A DNA stretch of 64,000 nucleotides from Candidatus Cloacimonadales bacterium (GCA_963663475.2 CAXXJV010000001.1:1792001-1856000), one strand, 5' to 3'. Counted from the first letter of the stretch, positions 20,442-29,797 are shown. Notes: generated by a model from the sequence alone, not told the origin. Translations and numbers: made by a program.

Positions 20442-20543
20442 AATATACTCCTAAAGCTAATTAGGATATGTAAATAATAATTGTCAAGCTAAAAAATTGA
20501 TAGAATTTTTTTCGGCTCAAGTTCAAGTCTGGTGGAAACAACT

Positions 20544-20698
20544 AAGCTATGGACTGAGACCATCCCAGGTCTCAGAAGAATGTGTAAGCAAAAAAGCTAG
20601 GGACTGAGACCATCTTGGTCTCAGAAGAATGTGCAAGCAAAAAAGCTATGGACTGAGACCATCTTGGTCTCAGAGAAGTTGACTTTGTCAACACTCTG
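20544..20698 (+). repeat. Three tandem 49-50-bp units with a CTGAGAC..GTCTCAG hairpin, followed by a GTTGAC-TTT-GTCAAC palindrome
   Basis: Units start at 20544, 20594 and 20643; linkers are almost identical. Confidence 0.9.
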
Positions 20699-20747
20699 AG
20701 CTACAGAGTAGCGACAGAAAAGCCTAAGATATGCCGAAATTCGATTA

Positions 20748-22070
20748 TTAAGGTTGAGTTTCTCTTTTATCAAGCAAACATTTAAGCCTATTTACGAAAT
20801 CTATTTCATTATTCATTAGGGCTTTTGAAAAATCCTGGTCCTTTGGATTTGGAATATTTACACCATCAACAATAAACTTAACATTATCATTTCCTATCCA
20901 TTGGTTACTATGTGATTTTGATTTATCTACATCAGTTTCCAGTGGGTAAAGTAATCCTCCAACAATAACATCATATTCTGAATTATTATTATAATAACTT
21001 ATGTATGTATTTATCTGGAAAAAGTCTGTTCTATCTAAGTCATTAGACTCAAAATTCATTTTTTTCCATTTGGCATCAAAGACTGCGATTTTTTTCCCTT
21101 TTCTAAGTATTAGATCAGGTATTATAGATCTCTTGAAGAAATTATTTTGATATAATAATTCGCTTTCTTGAGTTAGAACTTCCCAGTCACTCAGATTTTC
21201 CTTTAAGATTCTAGCAAGATATAGCTCCCACACTTCTGACATATCAAGGAAAATACCAAAACTATCATTACTACCGCTATTACTCTGAAAGAATACTGAT
21301 TTATTATTTATAATTCTCCAAGATAGGTCAACCACTCTTTTGAAAGGTAGGTAGATTGATTGATACTTTATTTTAACATATTCAGATATTGTTACTTTTC
21401 TGAGAAGTAAATCTTGTCTTAGCAAATGGGATATAGCATCTTGAGCAGAATCTGAAGGTTTTGTAATAAAATTTTGAAATAATATCCTATAAGTTTGAAA
21501 TAATATTTGTGAGATAGTTTCATCAAAATACTTCGATGAAAAATCAGAAACAACTTGTTTATTATTAAAATAGGGTTTCACTGATTTCTTTATATTTAAC
21601 CTTCCTTTTATGGTTAAACCCCTATGATGCTCTTTCTTTTTAACTCTGGGTAAACCAAATTTGTTCGCGTCTCCCAGCTGCTTTAACCAAATTATTCCAA
21701 TAAGTTCCTTAATCCAAAACTCTTCACAATTAACTTGATCAGAAAAGCTCTTTGGTAATTGAATATTATAGATATATTCGAGCATTTTGGTTAGAAATAT
21801 ACTGCCAAATCTTGGTTGAATATCGACATGGACATCAGACTTTAAGTACTTAAAGTTTATCTTTCCCACAAAACGATTAGCTAACCAGTCTTTAATTTCA
21901 TAATCATAATAAACAAGTGCTTCCTTTACTTCTCTATTTGTTAGTTTAAGGAATGAACCATCACTCCTTTTAATCAGTTCTTCAATTATCTTACTTCTGT
22001 TTTTCTGCTGAGAAGATGGTTTTAATTCATCAAACTTTGAGCAGTCTTTAGCTTTTAACTGTATTGCCAT
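20748..22070 (-). CDS. mcrC: McrC family PD-(D/E)xK nuclease subunit
   Basis: FVGKI..IQPRFG, DMSEVWELY, IIPDLIL...FDAKWK, DFFQINTY; 1-nt overlap with mcrB. Confidence 0.85.
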   Translation of the reverse strand: MAIQLKAKDCSKFDELKPSSQQKNRSKIIEELIKRSDGSFLKLTNREVKEALVYYDYEIKDWLANRFVGKINFKYLKSDVHVDIQPRFGSIFLTKMLEYIYNIQLPKSFSDQVNCEEFWIKELIGIIWLKQLGDANKFGLPRVKKKEHHRGLTIKGRLNIKKSVKPYFNNKQVVSDFSSKYFDETISQILFQTYRILFQNFITKPSDSAQDAISHLLRQDLLLRKVTISEYVKIKYQSIYLPFKRVVDLSWRIINNKSVFFQSNSGSNDSFGIFLDMSEVWELYLARILKENLSDWEVLTQESELLYQNNFFKRSIIPDLILRKGKKIAVFDAKWKKMNFESNDLDRTDFFQINTYISYYNNNSEYDVIVGGLLYPLETDVDKSKSHSNQWIGNDNVKFIVDGVNIPNPKDQDFSKALMNNEIDFVNRLKCLLDKRETQP

Positions 22071-24046
22071 TATTTGCCTGACAGAAAAAGAGATTCAAAT
22101 TTTTTCATTTTAGTTAATTTAGTATTCTTATCTAAATTCCCACAATAAGCTTCTAACATAGGTTTTATAGAAATATGCCATAATACTTTAACAGGTTCTT
22201 TAGCATTTGTTAGTGTATCATTCGATTTAACATATAAAACATGGTTTGTTTTGTTAGTCTTTACACTTTTTAGTATATCAACAATATCAGCAAAGAAGGT
22301 GTGTCCAATCTCCCACTCTTTACCAAAATCTTCATCTTTTTCTAGAGATTCGTTAATTGCTGAAGCTCTTCTGATTAGTTCGTCTATATGTTCAGAATTT
22401 ATTTCTATTTTGATTTCAGACTTTGGATCATAGCATTTGGAGTAAATAATTTCTCTTAATCTATTTTCATTATAACCATAGAAGTACCAGACAAACCTTC
22501 TGCGAAGAGCAAAATCTATTCTTTCTAAGGAGAAATCTATTTGATTCATTGTTCCAATGAAATATAGATTTTCTGGAACTTTAAGTCCTAGAAACTCCTT
22601 ATTCGATTCATCAATTGCAGATAACTTAACCGTTTCATCTCTATTTTCAATTGCTGAAAATAGTTCACCGAATAAACGACTTAAATCAACACGATTTATC
22701 TCATCTAAGATTAAAATATAAGGATACTTCTTGTCCTTCTCATTATTCTGGTTTTCTTCATTAATCTTATCAATTAGCTTTAATAAGTAGCCCTTTTCCC
22801 ATTTAGTCTCATTGTTAACAATCTTCATTCCGACTATAAAATCTTCATAGCTATAGTTTTGATGTAATTGTAAGTTTAATATTCTTTGCTCAAATTCTTC
22901 CTTGAAATCCATCATCAGTACTGTATTAATATCTTCCGTCTGGATATAACTTTGACGGATTAACATTTCAGCCAGCTTTTTAGCAGAATAAGTTTTACTT
23001 GTACCTGGAGGTCCATAAAAGACTATTTGTCTTTTGTATTTTAAAGCATCAAATTCTGAAAACTCTGCCTCTGAATCATTACCTTTGAAATTCCAAAAAG
23101 AGATTATTGGTTCACTATAGAAACTTTCATCCCACTCAATTTTTTCGTTGTTGTGTAAGTTTTTTTTAATCTGTTCTTTAATAACTCCAATTTCTTGGTC
23201 AATTTTAAGTTTACCTACCACGATTGTGTCAGAATCTGATCTTTCCTCGTTCACATCTTCAACACTTAATAAGCTAGAGAAAGCTTTAACAATATTTAAC
23301 TTATGAGGATAAGATGCTATAGGTTCAAAGAACTTTTCATCAGAAATATTCAATAGCATATTGATTATAGGTTTTTTATAAATAGTTGGAAATAATTGTT
23401 TTGAAGTATCGCTCAAATTTTTAATAAAATCGATTTTAGATTCATTATTGTTTATGGAGTCATTTATAAAATCACATAAATCATTGTTGAATGATTGCTT
23501 ATCATATGTATCATTCATTTTGTCCTTATTATTACTAAAAATATAAATAAAAAGTAAAATTAATGATGCTATATCATCAAATTTTTGCAGGTTTAGCATA
23601 CCATAACTAGCAATACCATAATCAACAAAATAATCACTACTAAAATCATCACTACTAAAATCTTCACCAACACTATTTTTATCAAAATATTTTTTTACAT
23701 CTTCAACTTTAGTATCCCTTTTCATCCCAGTATTGCCAATAGGGAGATTTCTTAACCAAACTAAATTAGCGAACAGTTCTTTAACATTATCTTTAACATT
23801 TTTTAATTGTTCATTAACTTTAACATCAAAATTTACATTTTCATTCTCTTTTTTCCGTTTTTTTACATAATCACTATCTTTATCGATAGCATTTTCTATA
23901 AATGCTTTTTCTAATGCTAAGAGATTGTCTTCTGTAAATACCTCCGTATCAGAAAACAATGATTTCCCTTTTATAAAGTTCTTCAGAAAATCGTTAAACA
24001 AAGTATAAACAGTTTGTTTATTTGCATTTCCAGTATTTTCGCTCAT
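22070..24046 (-). CDS. mcrB: McrB family AAA+ GTPase with unrecognised N-terminal domain
   Basis: GPPGTSKT, HQNYSYEDF, DEINR, GTMNQID (NxxD), ALRRRF, IGHTFF. Confidence 0.9.
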   Translation of the reverse strand: MSENTGNANKQTVYTLFNDFLKNFIKGKSLFSDTEVFTEDNLLALEKAFIENAIDKDSDYVKKRKKENENVNFDVKVNEQLKNVKDNVKELFANLVWLRNLPIGNTGMKRDTKVEDVKKYFDKNSVGEDFSSDDFSSDYFVDYGIASYGMLNLQKFDDIASLILLFIYIFSNNKDKMNDTYDKQSFNNDLCDFINDSINNNESKIDFIKNLSDTSKQLFPTIYKKPIINMLLNISDEKFFEPIASYPHKLNIVKAFSSLLSVEDVNEERSDSDTIVVGKLKIDQEIGVIKEQIKKNLHNNEKIEWDESFYSEPIISFWNFKGNDSEAEFSEFDALKYKRQIVFYGPPGTSKTYSAKKLAEMLIRQSYIQTEDINTVLMMDFKEEFEQRILNLQLHQNYSYEDFIVGMKIVNNETKWEKGYLLKLIDKINEENQNNEKDKKYPYILILDEINRVDLSRLFGELFSAIENRDETVKLSAIDESNKEFLGLKVPENLYFIGTMNQIDFSLERIDFALRRRFVWYFYGYNENRLREIIYSKCYDPKSEIKIEINSEHIDELIRRASAINESLEKDEDFGKEWEIGHTFFADIVDILKSVKTNKTNHVLYVKSNDTLTNAKEPVKVLWHISIKPMLEAYCGNLDKNTKLTKMKKFESLFLSGK

Positions 24047-24216
24047 AATTTCCTCCTAGTTTTAATTATAGCTTTATTTAAGCTATATGTATTATATATA
24101 AATATTAGTCAACAATTTTTATCAAATTGGCATAAATAATGAACTAAACTCAATGAAATAGCCTATCAAATATATAAAAAACTATATTCATATCATTAAT
24201 CTCTTATATGAAATTT

Positions 24217-26055
24217 CTAAAACCCTATAATTTTTCTTGTAGATTTATCGAAGGCACTATTCATTTCAAGATTACAGTACTTTTCTAAATCAGCTTGTGT
24301 CAGTAAAGCTACCTCTTTTGATGCTGCTTGAGTACAAGCATTTTTTATAACAACATCGATTTGTCCTCCTGTCAGATTATAATTATTCGCTAGATAAATC
24401 AAATCAATATCTTCATATCCTGGAATGATCTTGGGAAGTTTGGATTTCCATAATTTTAATCTTTCGTTTGCTGTTGGTAATGGTAACTGAAATTTAAGGT
24501 GAAATCTTCTACTAAAGGCTTCATCAAGATTATCTACTAGATTAGTAGTAGCTATTAAAAAGCCATCAAGGTTTTCGAAAGATTCCAAGAATAAGTTTTG
24601 CATAGAATTAAGCATGTTCTCAACAGGATTTCCAGACTTACTATTTCTTTTAGTTAAAAATTGATCTGCTTCATTAAGCAGTAATACAGGAGGATTTTCA
24701 ACTTTTCTGACTATTTTCTCATAAGTAGTAAACAAACGTTTAATATTCTTTTCACTCTCTCCTACCCATTTAGATTTTAGTTTGCTTATATCAGTTACTA
24801 ATAAGTATTTACCTAAATAATTTGCTATTACTCCTGCCGTAAATGTTTTGCCTGTACCAGGCTGTCCGTAAAAGAGCATCAACAGACTTTGTCTATGCAT
24901 TTTATCATCTCCAAGCAAATTAGCAGGTTTTTCTAACAGGCCCCATGATTGCATTGTGGAACTAACTGTTTGGTCATATAGTTTAAGAGATGTTTTAATA
25001 GTATTCTTCATATCTAAAGGAAGAATTAGTTGTTCAAATGTCTGTGTAGGTTTTATTAAGGTAAATATATTATCACTTTCTATGATTTGTTTTATTTTAT
25101 CTTCATCAGTCACAGGCTCTTTATTGAAAATTCTATTCATGATATCTGTTGAAATTTTAATATCTATGTCATCTGAAATAAGTGATGAGCTTTCTGTAAA
25201 TTCAATTAATCTGCTTTTAGCTAAGTGTCCCTTTGGGTCAAGATATTGTTTATTAGTAAATATTTCTTTTTGATCTATGCTAATAAGCTCAACAATATCC
25301 TTAGTATAAAATATTTCATCCTCTAATTTTGTTTTTACAAGATACATAAGAATTATTTTCTCTTTTGTATTTAAATTAAATTCTTCACTAAGAGTATCAA
25401 ATGCAAATGTCTGATTGGATAATTTCAATCTATTGTTTATTTTAATTTTCCAGTTAAAGACCTTTAAGTAAGCTTGAGCCGTATAAGAAGATAAGATTTT
25501 GTTTTTACATGTAGAACATGACTTCTCGTTTTTAAAATTGTTGAGGTATTCAAGATAAGAGAACCAATCACTAAGATATTCTAGGTTGTTCTCATAAGGA
25601 ATGTTACTATCTACTTGCTTGATTTTCTTTTCTCCAAAAAGTAGCTGTATAAAATCTCTATGAAATTCAATCTTACAAGTTATTAGTTCACTCTTTTTAT
25701 AATTTATATATATATTTTCATCTTCTAACCAATTATCCAAGATTATTACTTCTTTAATAGAAGAGTATAGAATATCTTTTTTTAGTAAAGTAATTATATT
25801 ACCTAAAGAATCTAGTTGTTCACCTTGAGATGTGATAAATTTTGATAAAATACTAAAAATGTCTGTTGTAGTAGTATTTTTCTCAATTACTTCAATCCAC
25901 ATACATGCTATAAATTTAATATCAAAACTGCTTAAACTGTAAAGTTTGATTTCATCTAAGTTAATAAAATTATCTATCAAAGAATCCAAATCAGTTTTAT
26001 CTTCTTGTAAACATATCAAATCTCCAATTTCAGCCAAGTATTTGTAAGCTCTCAT
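24217..26055 (-). CDS. AAA+ ATPase with variant Walker B (LLNEADQ)
   Basis: GQPGTGKT, SKWVGESEKN, ATTN...LDEAFSRRF; start placed at MRAYKY (26055) behind an AGAGGA RBS. Confidence 0.8.
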   Translation of the reverse strand: MRAYKYLAEIGDLICLQEDKTDLDSLIDNFINLDEIKLYSLSSFDIKFIACMWIEVIEKNTTTTDIFSILSKFITSQGEQLDSLGNIITLLKKDILYSSIKEVIILDNWLEDENIYINYKKSELITCKIEFHRDFIQLLFGEKKIKQVDSNIPYENNLEYLSDWFSYLEYLNNFKNEKSCSTCKNKILSSYTAQAYLKVFNWKIKINNRLKLSNQTFAFDTLSEEFNLNTKEKIILMYLVKTKLEDEIFYTKDIVELISIDQKEIFTNKQYLDPKGHLAKSRLIEFTESSSLISDDIDIKISTDIMNRIFNKEPVTDEDKIKQIIESDNIFTLIKPTQTFEQLILPLDMKNTIKTSLKLYDQTVSSTMQSWGLLEKPANLLGDDKMHRQSLLMLFYGQPGTGKTFTAGVIANYLGKYLLVTDISKLKSKWVGESEKNIKRLFTTYEKIVRKVENPPVLLLNEADQFLTKRNSKSGNPVENMLNSMQNLFLESFENLDGFLIATTNLVDNLDEAFSRRFHLKFQLPLPTANERLKLWKSKLPKIIPGYEDIDLIYLANNYNLTGGQIDVVIKNACTQAASKEVALLTQADLEKYCNLEMNSAFDKSTRKIIGF

Positions 26056-26211
26056 AAAAAAATCCTCTCTGAGTTTTTTTTTATTATAAGAGATTAATAG
26101 AAAAAGTAACAAAAAATTTTGCATTTTTATGATTTAGTTCAATTTCAATAGTGCTTTAGAGTATTTTTGGGATACAAAGCGTGAAGAAACAGCTCAAATA
26201 AAAAAATTAAT

Positions 26212-26400
26212 ATGTCGCCCCTCCAGGGCTCACTTTTACTTACATTTTTTGGAGTGTCTTGCGAGCATTCCTTATTATATGGCATCCCTTCGGGATACAG
26301 AGTGTTGACAAAGTCAACTTTTCGATTTTATATGGAGTGGAAGCATCCTTGCTTCCACATAAGAATCTGAGACCATCTCGGTATCAGTCCATACTTTTTA
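26212..26400. repeat. Mosaic of REP-like modules; inverted counterpart of 20640-20698 and of part of 7826-7931
   Basis: 26298-26320 is the exact reverse complement of 20676-20698; tctgagaccatctcggtatcagtccata; atcccttcgggat; tgtcgcccctccagggct. Confidence 0.8.
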
Positions 26401-26419
26401 TTAAACCCTTACTTTCCTT

Positions 26420-26502
26420 GTAGCATCCTTAATCCTTCCTTTACAGTCTTTCGATGAAACTGGGACTTTCATCGAAAGACTGTAAAGGAAGGATTAAGGA
26501 TG
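26420..26502 (+). repeat. GTAG-led perfect 36-bp-stem hairpin (family 2, copy 1)
   Basis: Arms 26424-26459 and 26467-26502 are exact reverse complements; second copy at 60605-60683. Confidence 0.9.
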
Positions 26503-26524
26503 ATTGCACTTAGTTTATTCAAAA

Positions 26525-26560
26525 TAAAACCCGAACAATGTTTGAATTGCTCGGGTTTAA
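26525..26560. terminator. Hairpin downstream of the YitT gene; resembles the two fused ends of the TTAA family
   Basis: taaaacccgaacaat-gtttga-attgctcgggtttaa. Confidence 0.55.
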
Positions 26561-26580
26561 GGAGGATATTATGAAAAAAA

Positions 26581-27573
26581 TTATTTTCTTTTAGCAGAAT
26601 CTAGTTCTGCCTGTATTTGTTCTATACTTTTATTATCTTGCAGGTTTAGCTGTCTGCTTTTAAATCCATAACCCATAACATCATAGACATCGTTAAGAAT
26701 AACGAATGAGTTTGGATCAATATTTTTTACTAAGTCTGTTAAAGGACCTACTTGGCGTCTATTACAGACACATAGTAGAACGTTTAGCTCTCTTCCGCTC
26801 CAGCCTGATTGGGCTTTAAACATGGTTACACCACGATTAAGTCTTTTATAAATTTCATTCTTTATCTCAATTGCTTCTGTAGAGATAATATAGACGCCCT
26901 TGATATAGGGAAGACCTTCACTAGCAATATCTGTAATCTTGGTTGAAATGAAGAGGTTTATATAGGCCCAGATTAATAATTTGATATCTTGGAAGGTTAT
27001 ACAAACTGATAAGATTATTAAAGTTTCAATAACCCAATAAGCTGAACCAACTGAAATACCTGTTTTCTGTTTTACCAGTGCTACAGGGATATCTGTTCCT
27101 CCGGTGGAACCTCTAAATCTAAAGATGATTCCTAAACCAAGTCCTAACATTACTGAACCAGCAATAGCTGAAAGATACATTTCATCAGGAGAAAGCATTG
27201 CTAATACTTCTTTTCCCTTGAAGAGATGTGTATAGGGCTCAAGTGAGCTTATTAAACCAATTTTATGTAAAGTTACAGGACTAACAGCATCGATCATGAG
27301 AGCGGACACTATCATTCCAAATATTGATCTAGACCCAAAAGTTTTTCCTATCATCAAAAAACTAATTATGAAAAGGGGAAAATTCATACTCAAGGAGATT
27401 ATACCCACTGGCAAATCAAAAAAGTGATTAAGAATCTGGGCTATACCCCCAACTCCTCCTGGTGACATTTGGTATGGCACTAAAAACCAAGAGTAGCCTA
27501 TACCATAAAAAATGCTACCAACAATTATTCCTAAGATTTGCTTATAGTCTAAGGCTTCTAAAGCTTTTTTCAT
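26581..27573 (-). CDS. YitT family membrane protein (DUF161/DUF2179)
   Basis: GGVGGIA, GSTGGTDI, RGVT, IDPNSFV, DVMGYGF; start MKKALE at 27573 behind a GAGG RBS. Confidence 0.9.
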   Translation of the reverse strand: MKKALEALDYKQILGIIVGSIFYGIGYSWFLVPYQMSPGGVGGIAQILNHFFDLPVGIISLSMNFPLFIISFLMIGKTFGSRSIFGMIVSALMIDAVSPVTLHKIGLISSLEPYTHLFKGKEVLAMLSPDEMYLSAIAGSVMLGLGLGIIFRFRGSTGGTDIPVALVKQKTGISVGSAYWVIETLIILSVCITFQDIKLLIWAYINLFISTKITDIASEGLPYIKGVYIISTEAIEIKNEIYKRLNRGVTMFKAQSGWSGRELNVLLCVCNRRQVGPLTDLVKNIDPNSFVILNDVYDVMGYGFKSRQLNLQDNKSIEQIQAELDSAKRK

Positions 27574-27737
27574 GTGTTCCTCTTTATTATTAATATTCTT
27601 TTTCTGCATAAATTTTTGGACTGTGATTATGTCAATATAAATCGTTTTTTTATCAAAATTAATATTTTTTTTCAGCTTTTTTTTAAAAAAAGGACCATTT
27701 TCAGAAAAAGGGACCCTACAAGTAAGTGAAGGGTATG

Positions 27738-27906
27738 TTAAAACCAATAATGCAATAGATCTTTGAGAATAGCACTATATTCTTTTGCAAAAGTAACTTC
27801 CATTATTTCTCCGAATATATAAAATATATGCGTCAAAATTCTGTAAGCTATTTTGCTAAAAGAATTTGCACTCTTCTCTAAAGCTCTATTGCACCATTCG
27901 GGTTAA
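27738..27906 (+). repeat. TTAA palindrome family, full-length copy B, followed directly by a second left end (27903-27924)
   Basis: Near-identical to copy A with compensatory changes. Confidence 0.9.
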
Positions 27907-27934
27907 AACCAATAATACAATAGAGGTAAAAAAA

Positions 27935-28096
27935 ATGAAAAAGAACCAACTTTTAGAAATCTTTGATAAGATCAATAATATCTCCCAACAACTAGAACTT
28001 CACAAACAGGAACACAGATATCTCATTTATTATTTAATGTCAATATCAGGCTTAGGAACTATTATTTTAGCTCCTATATTAGTTAATTTCATTTAA
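27935..28096 (+). CDS. Small protein (53 aa), coiled-coil plus C-terminal TM helix
   Basis: GAGGT RBS; hydrophobic C-terminus LMSISGLGTIILAPILVNFI. Confidence 0.55.
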   Translation: MKKNQLLEIFDKINNISQQLELHKQEHRYLIYYLMSISGLGTIILAPILVNFI

Positions 28097-28186
28097 ACCT
28101 AGTTAATGCAATAGACTTTGGTTAGGTATTTTAACCTTTCTCTTAGAATATGTCTGCTAAGGAAGTTACTGCATTATAAAGGTTAA
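28093..28186 (+). repeat. TTAA palindrome family, diverged copy G
   Basis: ttaaacctagttaatgcaataga ... ttactgcattataaaggttaa. Confidence 0.65.
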
Positions 28187-28202
28187 ACAAAAGGACAAAA
28201 TT

Positions 28203-28418
28203 ATGACAGAAAAAATCAAGAAAGAAGTATTAGCCAATGTTAACAAAGAGAGTGTGGATTTTAATGACGATACAATCGAAATTATCAGCGAGAAACTTAA
28301 CCAACTATTAGATATTCCTTATATAAATGAAGAGCTTGAAGGAATAATAATTAAAGCAGTAGTTAAGATTCTTTATACATTAATCTTCAACTCAGGAAAA
28401 GTTCTTTTTAAGATCTAA
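28203..28418 (+). CDS. Small hypothetical protein (71 aa)
   Basis: AAGGA RBS; LNQLLDIPYINEELEG motif; followed by a terminator. Confidence 0.6.
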   Translation: MTEKIKKEVLANVNKESVDFNDDTIEIISEKLNQLLDIPYINEELEGIIIKAVVKILYTLIFNSGKVLFKI

Positions 28419-28429
28419 ATAACCGAATT

Positions 28430-28463
28430 CTCCCCATTTAAAATCCTCTAAATGGGGAGTTTT
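28430..28463 (+). terminator. Rho-independent terminator
   Basis: ctccccattta-aaatcctc-taaatggggag-tttt. Confidence 0.7.
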
Positions 28464-28541
28464 ACTTTTCAAAAAACAAAAAGCTTGACCAAGTTAATAA
28501 ACTAATTATTTTATACTGACGATCAAATTGGAGACTTTTGT

Positions 28542-29201
28542 ATGGATTATGAAGCAGTTATTTTTGATTTAGATGGAACACTAGTTAATACTATTAGTGA
28601 TATAGCTAACTCTATGAATAGGGTATTAATAAAAATGGGATTACCAGCTCATGAAATTGCTGAATATTATTATTTTGTGGGAGCAGGACTTAAGGAATTA
28701 TGTAGGAGAGTTTTACCTAAAGACCTACAATCTGAAACTAAAGTTTTAGAGTATAGAGAACTTTTTAATGAAGATTATAATCAAAATTGGCATAATGAAA
28801 CCTATCCATATCCTGGTATTATTGAACTTCTTGAATACCTTCAGCAAAAAAACAAAACTATAGCAATCTTATCTAATAAACCCGACCATTTCTGCAAATT
28901 ATTTGTCCAACATTTCTTTCCAAATATCAATTTTGCTTTAGTCAGAGGAAATCTAGATTCTCTTCCTCCTAAACCTCATCCTGCAGGAGGCATGTATATT
29001 ACAGAAAGCTTAAATCTGGATCCTAAGGATGTCTTATTTGTTGGTGATTCAGACATTGATATGCAAACAGCTGCTAATTGTGGGTTTATTGCTATGGGGG
29101 CAGAATGGGGCTTTCGTAGTCAAGAAGAACTACTTAAAGCAGGAGCTAAACACATATTTTCCAGTCCAAGTCATTTACTAAAATTTTTACAGGAGATATA
29201 A
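28542..29201 (+). CDS. HAD family hydrolase (phosphoglycolate phosphatase-like)
   Basis: FDLDGTL, LSNKP, KPHP, VGDSDIDM. Confidence 0.9.
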   Translation: MDYEAVIFDLDGTLVNTISDIANSMNRVLIKMGLPAHEIAEYYYFVGAGLKELCRRVLPKDLQSETKVLEYRELFNEDYNQNWHNETYPYPGIIELLEYLQQKNKTIAILSNKPDHFCKLFVQHFFPNINFALVRGNLDSLPPKPHPAGGMYITESLNLDPKDVLFVGDSDIDMQTAANCGFIAMGAEWGFRSQEELLKAGAKHIFSSPSHLLKFLQEI

Positions 29202-29470
29202 TGAGAATTGACCAAATATTAAATAAACTTTGCTTGATAAAGACACGTTCAATAGCTAATCAAGCTTGCCATAAAGGATTAATCGAAATTAATAATAATC
29301 CTGCTAAAGCTAGCACAAGTGTTAAAGAAAATGATAGAATAGTGATTAAACTTAATGGCTATAAAACTACTATTGTAATTAAAGAGATTCCTAAAGGTAA
29401 TGTCTCTAAAAAAACAGCCCTAGATTATTACGATCTTATAGACAGACAAGCTATTGAAAGTGATTTATAG
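29201..29470 (+). CDS. S4 RNA-binding domain protein (Hsp15/RqcP-like)
   Basis: MRIDQIL...KTRSIANQAC..G.I.IN...AKAS..VK.ND. Confidence 0.85.
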   Translation: MRIDQILNKLCLIKTRSIANQACHKGLIEINNNPAKASTSVKENDRIVIKLNGYKTTIVIKEIPKGNVSKKTALDYYDLIDRQAIESDL

Positions 29471-29483
29471 AAAAGAGGTAAAA

Positions 29484-29789
29484 ATGACAAACGAAGAAAA
29501 ATTAAAATATGCAGAGATGTCGAAAATTATTAAGGCAATGTCTCATCCTACAAGATTATTCATTGTTGATAAACTAAAAGAAAGAAAATACTGTGTTTGC
29601 GAATTAACAGATATGATTGATGCTGATATTTCAACTGTTTCAAGACACCTTACTGTCTTAAAAAAAGCAGGCATCATCTATGATGAAAAAATCAAAAACA
29701 ATGTATATTACGATTTAAGATGTCCATGCATTAGTAGTTTTTACTCTTGTGTGGTTACTATAATTGATATTCAAAAAGAAACAGATTAA
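29484..29789 (+). CDS. ArsR/SmtB family transcriptional regulator
   Basis: KAMSHPTRL, CVCEL, STVSRHL; start MTNEEK behind GAGGT. Confidence 0.9.
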   Translation: MTNEEKLKYAEMSKIIKAMSHPTRLFIVDKLKERKYCVCELTDMIDADISTVSRHLTVLKKAGIIYDEKIKNNVYYDLRCPCISSFYSCVVTIIDIQKETD

Positions 29790-29797
29790 TTCCTTCA

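Noticed and set aside
20544-20673. CRISPR array
   Set aside because: Only three units, near-identical linkers, no cas genes in the window.
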